Assembly: GCA_951406725.2 (NCBI GenBank)
Contig: OX597818.1
Span: forward strand, 67,828,001 to 67,892,000
Direction of reading: 5' to 3'
Source of the DNA: Octopus vulgaris
Taxonomy: Eukaryota
DNA: 64,000 bases
Below are positions 55,133 to 64,000 of this stretch, piece after piece. Numbering within the stretch: position 1 is the stretch's first letter; each line of letters begins with the position of its first letter. Position numbers and translations under genes: made by a program. The notes beneath the pieces are model-generated. The model worked only from the letters and a program-made list of their open reading frames with translations. It did no database searches and was not told where the DNA came from.

Positions 55133-55214
55133 GTTGGAAGTTACAAAAAAATAGAAGACCGGTGTATAAACAACAAATAGATGTATTAGTTTAACTCTCG
55201 GGAAGTGAAAAAGT

Positions 55215-55250
55215 CTTTTACGTTTCGAACCTACGCTCTTCAACAGAAAG
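55215..55250 (-). ncRNA. Minimal hammerhead motif, A6U core variant (second copy; element 55133-55290)
   Basis: Minus strand: cttt CTGTTGA a gagc gtag gttc GAAA cg TA aaag. Confidence 0.75.
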
Positions 55251-55554
55251 GAACACAGAAATAATAAATAAAGAGAGAAATTAAATAAATAAATATACAT
55301 ATATATATACATAAGTATGTATATATGTATTCAAATTATTCTATCGTCTGCTATGCATTTATACATTCCCATTGACTTCTAAAGTAAGACTGTGACGAGT
55401 TACACGAGTTCACAAGAAAATACATCTGTATATAAACACTAATGTGCATACACACACGCATGTATAGACTTTGGTGAATAATGCTAATTGGTACATCTCC
55501 TACCAGTGAATGTAATATATATATATATATATGCATGCATACACACACATATAC

Positions 55555-55621
<67 letters not shown>

Positions 55622-55623
<2 letters not shown>

Positions 55624-56023
55624 CTCTTTTACTCTTTTACTTATTTCAATCATTTGACTTCGGCCATGCTGGAGCACCGCCTTTAATCGAGCAACTTGAC
55701 CCCGGGACTTATTCTTTTTGTAAGCCCAGTACTTATTCTATCGGTCTCTTTTTGCCGAACCGCTAGGTAACGGGGACATAAACACACCAGCATCGGTTGT
55801 CAAGCAATGCAAGGGGGACAAACACAGACACACAAACGCACACACGCATATATATATATACATATATACGACGGGCTTCTTTCAGTTTCCGTCTACCAAA
55901 TCCACTCACAAGGCTTTGGTCGGCCCGAGGCTATAGTAGAAGTCACTTGCCCTAGATGCCACGTAGTGGGACTGAACCCAGAACCATGTGGTAGGTAGAC
56001 AAGCTACTTACCACACATCCACT
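55622..56023 (-). mobile_element. Near full-length SINE family A
   Basis: Close reverse-complement match to 20546-20952. Confidence 0.92.
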
Positions 56024-56027
56024 CATA

Positions 56028-56074
<47 letters not shown>

Positions 56075-56217
56075 GGAATTATGTATATTTAAGTGTACAA
56101 TTTTAAACCAAGTCACTATCAGAGATACACTCACACAAATGACATTATACAAAACTGGTATGTGTGCGTGTATCCATGTATGTAAGTGTGTAGTGTATAT
56201 GTGCGTTTATGAAGTAG

Positions 56218-56589
56218 TGGAATTCCGTCAGTTGCAACGACGAGGGTTCCAGTTGATCGGATCAAAAGAACGGCCTGCTCGTGGAATTCACGTGCAAGTG
56301 GCTGAGCACTCCACAGACACGTGTAACTTTAATGAAGTTCTTGGGTGAGATTCACAGAGACACAGATTGTGAAAAAGGCTGGCCCTTTGAAATAAAGGTA
56401 CAAGAGAAACAGAAAGAAAGAGTTAAAGGTGTGGTGAAAGAGTACAGCAGAGTTCGACACCACACGCTGACGGAGACTCGTGGAACTTTAAGGTGCTTTT
56501 ACTCAATAAAAACTCAGAACGCCCGGTCTGGGAATCGAAACCACGATCCTACGACTGCGAGTCTGCTGCCCCAGCCACTGGGCCATTGC

Positions 56590-56595
<6 letters not shown>
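56218..56595 (-). mobile_element. SINE family C
   Basis: Reverse-complement match to 22175-22592. Head tgcacgcaatggcccagtggctggggcagcagactcgcag..ggtttcgattccc. Confidence 0.88.
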
Positions 56596-56660
<65 letters not shown>

Positions 56661-56731
56661 CATTAGGGAGTAATATTATCTCTAATTTATATATATATAT
56701 AAATATATGTATATGTGAGTGTATATATATT

Positions 56732-56780
<49 letters not shown>

Positions 56781-57380
56781 TTGTGTGTATATTATATATA
56801 TATATATGCATGTATGTATGTACATATATATATATATATATATATACATACACACATATATAAATATATATAATTGCGTGATTTTGATGTATATGTGTGT
56901 GTGTGTATGCGTGTTCTAGTGTGTATATATATATGTGTATGTGTGCATGTGTGTGTGTATTCACATGTCTTTATGTCTGTGTATGTATGCTTGCGTGTTT
57001 AGGCTTTGTATTAAAGCATGACTCTGTTATCAATAATACTTAAAAGGAAAGTTGTGCCCCATTCTGTATATCTATATTTATATCTACATCTATATGAATA
57101 TAGATACAGATAGATAGATAAATACATATATAGAAATATAGATACGTATGCATGCATATATTTACATAATCAACTGTGTGTATATGTATGTGTTTATGTG
57201 TGTATATATATATATATATGTAATTATACATATATACAAATATATATTTACATATACACACATACATATCAACAGATATGATATTTCTATATACATATAT
57301 ACAAACATATATGCGTGTGTATATATATGCATGTATATATATATATATATATATTTATTATACATATATATATTTGTCTT

Positions 57381-57421
<41 letters not shown>

Positions 57422-57834
57422 ATATAATATATATATATATGCATAATATATATATGTATATAAATGTATATAAGTTATCACACATGTGCACACAAACACA
57501 TGCGCGCCTGCACACACGCACACACTCGTACACACTCGTACACATCTAGAGAAATAATAGAATAAAATAATCCATTTCACGAGTCTATGAACAGCATATG
57601 AGCTGTGGACGTTTCCAACAATAGCCACACACAAAAACGCCTCTGGCATCTCATTTATAGTTATTAATTATCTATTCATTTAAAATAGACATCCATTTCT
57701 TTTTCTTAATATCATTATCATCATCATCATTATCACTGAAAAACCCCACATCATCCCCACCATCTACATCATCGCAATCATCATCATCATCAAAATCACC
57801 ATCATCGTCATCATCATCACCACCACTACCACCG

Positions 57835-57867
<33 letters not shown>

Positions 57868-58922
57868 TCATCAATATCTCCATCATTATTATCGTCATCA
57901 ACATTATCACCATCATCACTACCACCACCACCAACACCGTCGTCATCATCATCGTCATGATCATTACTGTTTTTTTTCTTTTCTTCTCTTCCTCTAACTC
58001 CCTCTGTTTTCGTCATCTCTCCCTGCTCCTCGCTTCCTTTTCACTTGTTGGCAATGTTGATATGTGAAAATCTCACAGAATCTTCCACGCAGTTCATATT
58101 AAATAGAATTTACAGGCTTTTTGGCCTTCTGTTTTCCTCATCTGACTACTACTACTCCTCTCACTTGTCCTTCCTCCCCCACAATCTTATTCCCTGTCTC
58201 CTTTCATATTTTTCCTTCTTCCCACCTTCGTCACATTCTCCTTCACCACCCTCTTTCATTTATTCCTTGTTTTTTCATTCGCTGCTCTTCGTTAGAATTT
58301 GTATTCTTATAAATTTCTGCGGCAAAAGAGAATTAATTTTATCAGTGATGAAGATTGTGTTGTTTGCAACGATATTTGCAATCCTCTTGGAAATGGTAAC
58401 CAGAGAAATTAATGAAGTAGAAAAGTGCAAAAAGCTTCTAGAGTTCATGGTTAGTTCTTTGATTAACATTGTCATTTTGTTGTTGCTGTATCTGTTGTAG
58501 TCGTGGTGGTAGTTGTAACACAAGGTTTGATTTGAGAAACATATGGCTGTTATTTCTATGAGACCTAGGTACCTTATAAAGGTCTCTCCCATTGGCTCAT
58601 ACATACATATTACAGCAGAGTACGATTTGAGGGAGATTTGGTTGCTGTTGTTAGTAGGTCTATGTTTCATATAAAAGTGTATTTTTTTAGCTTGTCATGG
58701 TGGTGGTGATGGTGTTTAATTCTAGACATATCTGATGGAGCAACCAATGGTCAAACCCTGACCATGTGTGACCACCCCGTTCAATTATTTCATCAAGATG
58801 CATGACTGTAAACCACAGTGGCAATGTTTATTCTTTTCTACTCTGGGCACAAGTCTCGAAATTTTGGGGAAGGCGGGCCAGTCGATTAGATTGACTCCAG
58901 TACACAACTGGTACTTAATTTA

Positions 58923-59356
<434 letters not shown>

Positions 59357-60071
59357 TGGTTCTTAATTTATTGAGCTTGAAAGGAAGAACGGCAATGTCG
59401 ACCTCATCTGAATTTGAAGTCTAAACGTAAAGACAGATGAAATACAGCAATGCATCTCCCCTGGCCTGCTAAGCTGTCTGTCATCTGGCCATCTTGACAC
59501 TCCTTATTAAGTGAGTAGTATACAATATGAGGAAAACTGAGTTGCTCTTCCTATTTTCCTCATCCATATAAGTGTCTGATATAGTTGTGGGCTGATACAT
59601 CATCATCATCATCGTCACAATCACCATCATCATCATCATCATCATCAACGTTCAACACCCACTTTTCATGCCGGATGGTTTGATGAAAGCTGGCAATGCA
59701 GGAAGCTGCACCAGATTCCATTGTCCTTTTTTTTTGGCATGGTTTCTACAGATGGATGCCCTTCCTATCACCAACCATTTTGCAGAGTGCACTAGGTTTT
59801 TTTTATATGTCACCAGCACCAACAGCGACATGGCACCAGCACCTGGTATTGTAAACACAAGTCAGTTGTTATCGTACACTCTATGATCAAAAACATTCCA
59901 ATTATGACCACCCCATCTTTTCCGGCATATTTAATCTCAGACTTCTTAATCTAATATACCTTTTTCTATTTTCATAGAAACCCATGATGTAATTTGAGTA
60001 GATTTAGGAAAATACCTTCATCATCATCATGATGATGATCATCATCATCATTTGTTGAGTTTCTTTCTATA

Positions 60072-60306
60072 CATCTTTCTTTATTACCCACAAGGGGCTA
60101 AACACAGAGAGGAGAAACAAGGACAGACAAACGGATTAAATCGATTACATCGACCCCAGTGCGTAACTGGTACTTAATTTATCGACCCCGAAAATATGAA
60201 AGGCAAAGTCGACCTCGGCGGAATTTGAAGTCAGAACGTAATGGCAGACGAAATACGGCTACACATTTCACTCGGCTTGCTAACGTTTCTGCCAGCTCAC
60301 TGCCTT
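60072..60306 (-). mobile_element. SINE family B monomer
   Basis: Head, one core and the tail gtttagccccttgtgggtaataaagaaa, all on the minus strand. Confidence 0.9.
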
Positions 60307-61700
60307 AACTATAACGTTTTTTTTTTCTATACGGGCATGGGTGGAATAGATTGACTGAATATGACGAGCCAGAGGATGGCAGTGGGTTCCAAATTCTTCT
60401 TTGACATGGGCATAATGACTCAGTGACTTTCCTAATGCCAAACACTTTACAGAGTGTACCGTGCTTTCTTCGTGGCCCTGGCACACAGCAAATTGCAAGA
60501 CAACACCTTGTTGGCAGAATGGGTTTGCAGTAGATTGATAAATTCTCCAGACATCCATGGGAAACCACGAACTGTTTCTGCTGAAATGGTACTTTTTCTT
60601 CACAACCAGATCAGCTATCATATGAGGATCTCCTGTACTGCAAAATTTACTCTCGACCTGCTAAAAATACCAACCAAATCCCCCGCAAATAATCCTGTGA
60701 GCTATTTAATCCTGTTGTTCCATTTGTTTCGGACAATTTGGAAAATAATAAAGAATTTAGTAAGCTCACATTAACATTATAAGCTGTTGTTTGGAAGGCT
60801 TTTATTCAGATCATTTTGAAGCAAGGACTGGTCTCATGCAGGTTGGTACCGAAGGGTTACAAAGAGAGAAAAGGGTATATGAAGTAATGTAACTTGAAAG
60901 ATGTTAATTGTAACAATGCTTTCAATAAAAATGTGCTTGATTGGAGCAGTTGAAAATGGGACTTAAACAACAGCAACAACACCATTTTGGAGAACCTGTT
61001 CTACATGATCTCATTAAATGGAAACGTTAGCAATGTTTTCTCACTCTTCCCGCCCCTACCTTCTCTCTCCCCTCCTCATCTCTCCCTCCCCTTACCCTCT
61101 CTTCCTCTCCCCTTCTCTCTCCTAATCTTACCATTTCCTTCGTTATTTCTTCTTTATCTCCTTATTACTACTCATTTGAACCCAACAGCATCCTCTAAGC
61201 CTCTGCTCCAAGTCCAATACAACATTATATGTCCATGTCATTTCTAATAGAAATCATAGCAGTATGTTTAGAAACATGGAGAGAGGCTCCCATTGTTGTT
61301 CATAAATTCTGGTCAATATCATATGACATCTAACTGCTAATATATTTTCAATACCATTGATAGATGATCTCTCGATAATATATGGTAAAGAATTTTTCCT
61401 CAGAGAAATCCAATTTGTTCTGGTACATAGCTTCACATATTCAAACTCGTTTATCACAAGATATTATGATTAAAGAATGAAAGCTGTTTGAGTTTGTCAG
61501 GCTGCTTTCTTTGTTGCCAAGGAAACCCTTCAACAAGGTCACAAAACCTGCTTGCAATGTTGGTCAAATCTCATTGGATACCATAGTCCGAAAGACACAT
61601 TGGATAATATACTATGAGATAAACAAGTATGTAGGATGTTGAAGGCTGATATGCTTTTGATCATAGGTCTTCAACAGTGATATGATATATATATACACAC

Positions 61701-61734
<34 letters not shown>

Positions 61735-61924
61735 GTATATATATATATATATAGAGAGAGAGAGATACATAGTTACATACATACATACATACACACACAC
61801 ATACATATATATTTACATACATATAGAAAGAGAGATATAGGTAGATTAATAGATAAGTCAATAGATTAATCCATAGATTAATAGATAGATCGATACAATG
61901 ATGGATAAATGGATAGATAGATAA

Positions 61925-63284
<1,360 letters not shown>

Positions 63285-63691
63285 GTACGGATAGATCGAT
63301 GGTTAGATGGATGAATAGATAGAGAGTGTATATATGTGTATGTTTATCTTCTTGTCTTCTCATTGCATGACAGACGTAAATGAGTGCCACTGACATACAA
63401 GCAGTGTTGTTAATTTCAAATATTGTACAAAAAATATCCCTGGCCATTGGGAAATATCACTTTGTAGGAAAGATTTGAGGACTGCTGACTGGAAGGGTAT
63501 CTCGCAGTGGAAAAACTGTCTCAATAAATTATGTCCAATGTGTGCAAGCATGGAAAAGGGATCATTGAAACAATGACGGTAATGACGTAGTCTCCCTCTC
63601 TATCTATCTATCTCTCCCTCCCTCCTCTCCCTTCTCTCTCCAATTTGGGTGCATTGTGCTGTGAGAAGTTTGTAGTGAATGTTCCCTTCGT

Positions 63692-64000
63692 CTGGTGTGG
63701 CTGTGTGGTAAGAAGCTCGCTTCCTAACCAAATGGCTTTAGGTTCAGTCTCACTGTGTGGCACATTGGGCAAATGTCTTCTACTAAAGCCTCAGGACAAT
63801 TTGACTCCTGCAAGCCGATTTGATAGCTGAAAACTGAAAGAATCCCATTGTATGTGTGAGTGTGTATTTGTTTTTGTTTTTATGTTTGTCCTCCCACCAT
63901 CACCACCTGACAGCCAGTGTCGGTATGTTTACATCCCCATAACTTCTTAGTTCGGCAAAAGCAACAACCAAAACAAAAGAAAAAAGAATAAGTCCTGAGG
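63692..64000 (+). mobile_element. SINE family A, cut by the window end
   Basis: gtgtggctgtgtggtaagaagctcgcttcctaacca..ggttcagtctcactgtgtggcacattgggcaaatgtcttctact. Confidence 0.85.

Noticed and set aside
58045-58670. Overlapping hydrophobic ORFs (151 aa plus, 131 aa minus)
   Set aside because: Low-complexity pyrimidine-rich composition, no recognisable domain and no convincing splice context.

Overview
AT-rich, microsatellite-saturated eukaryotic DNA with no recognisable intact host gene. The repeat landscape resembles an octopus/coleoid cephalopod genome (inference, not database-checked). Most of the six-frame ORF track is microsatellite artefact. The real coding signal comes from decayed mobile elements: Tc1, mariner and maT-like transposases; CR1, RTE, R4/Dong and Tx1/L1 LINE pieces; a Penelope-like GIY-YIG fragment; and a Helitron-like end. 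Several tRNA-derived SINE families are also present, some nested and some with long TSDs. The most striking signal is about a dozen minimal type-I hammerhead ribozyme (HHR) motifs from at least six short Penelope-type families, mostly sitting in microsatellites. They include a U3-A8 covariant core present twice in an inverted repeat, an A6U core variant seen in two copies, and a tRNA-headed (Pol III) element with an HHR tail and a TSD. A weak candidate spliced + strand transcript lies at about 30.4-42.8 kb. All assignments were made by eye, and element boundaries are approximate.
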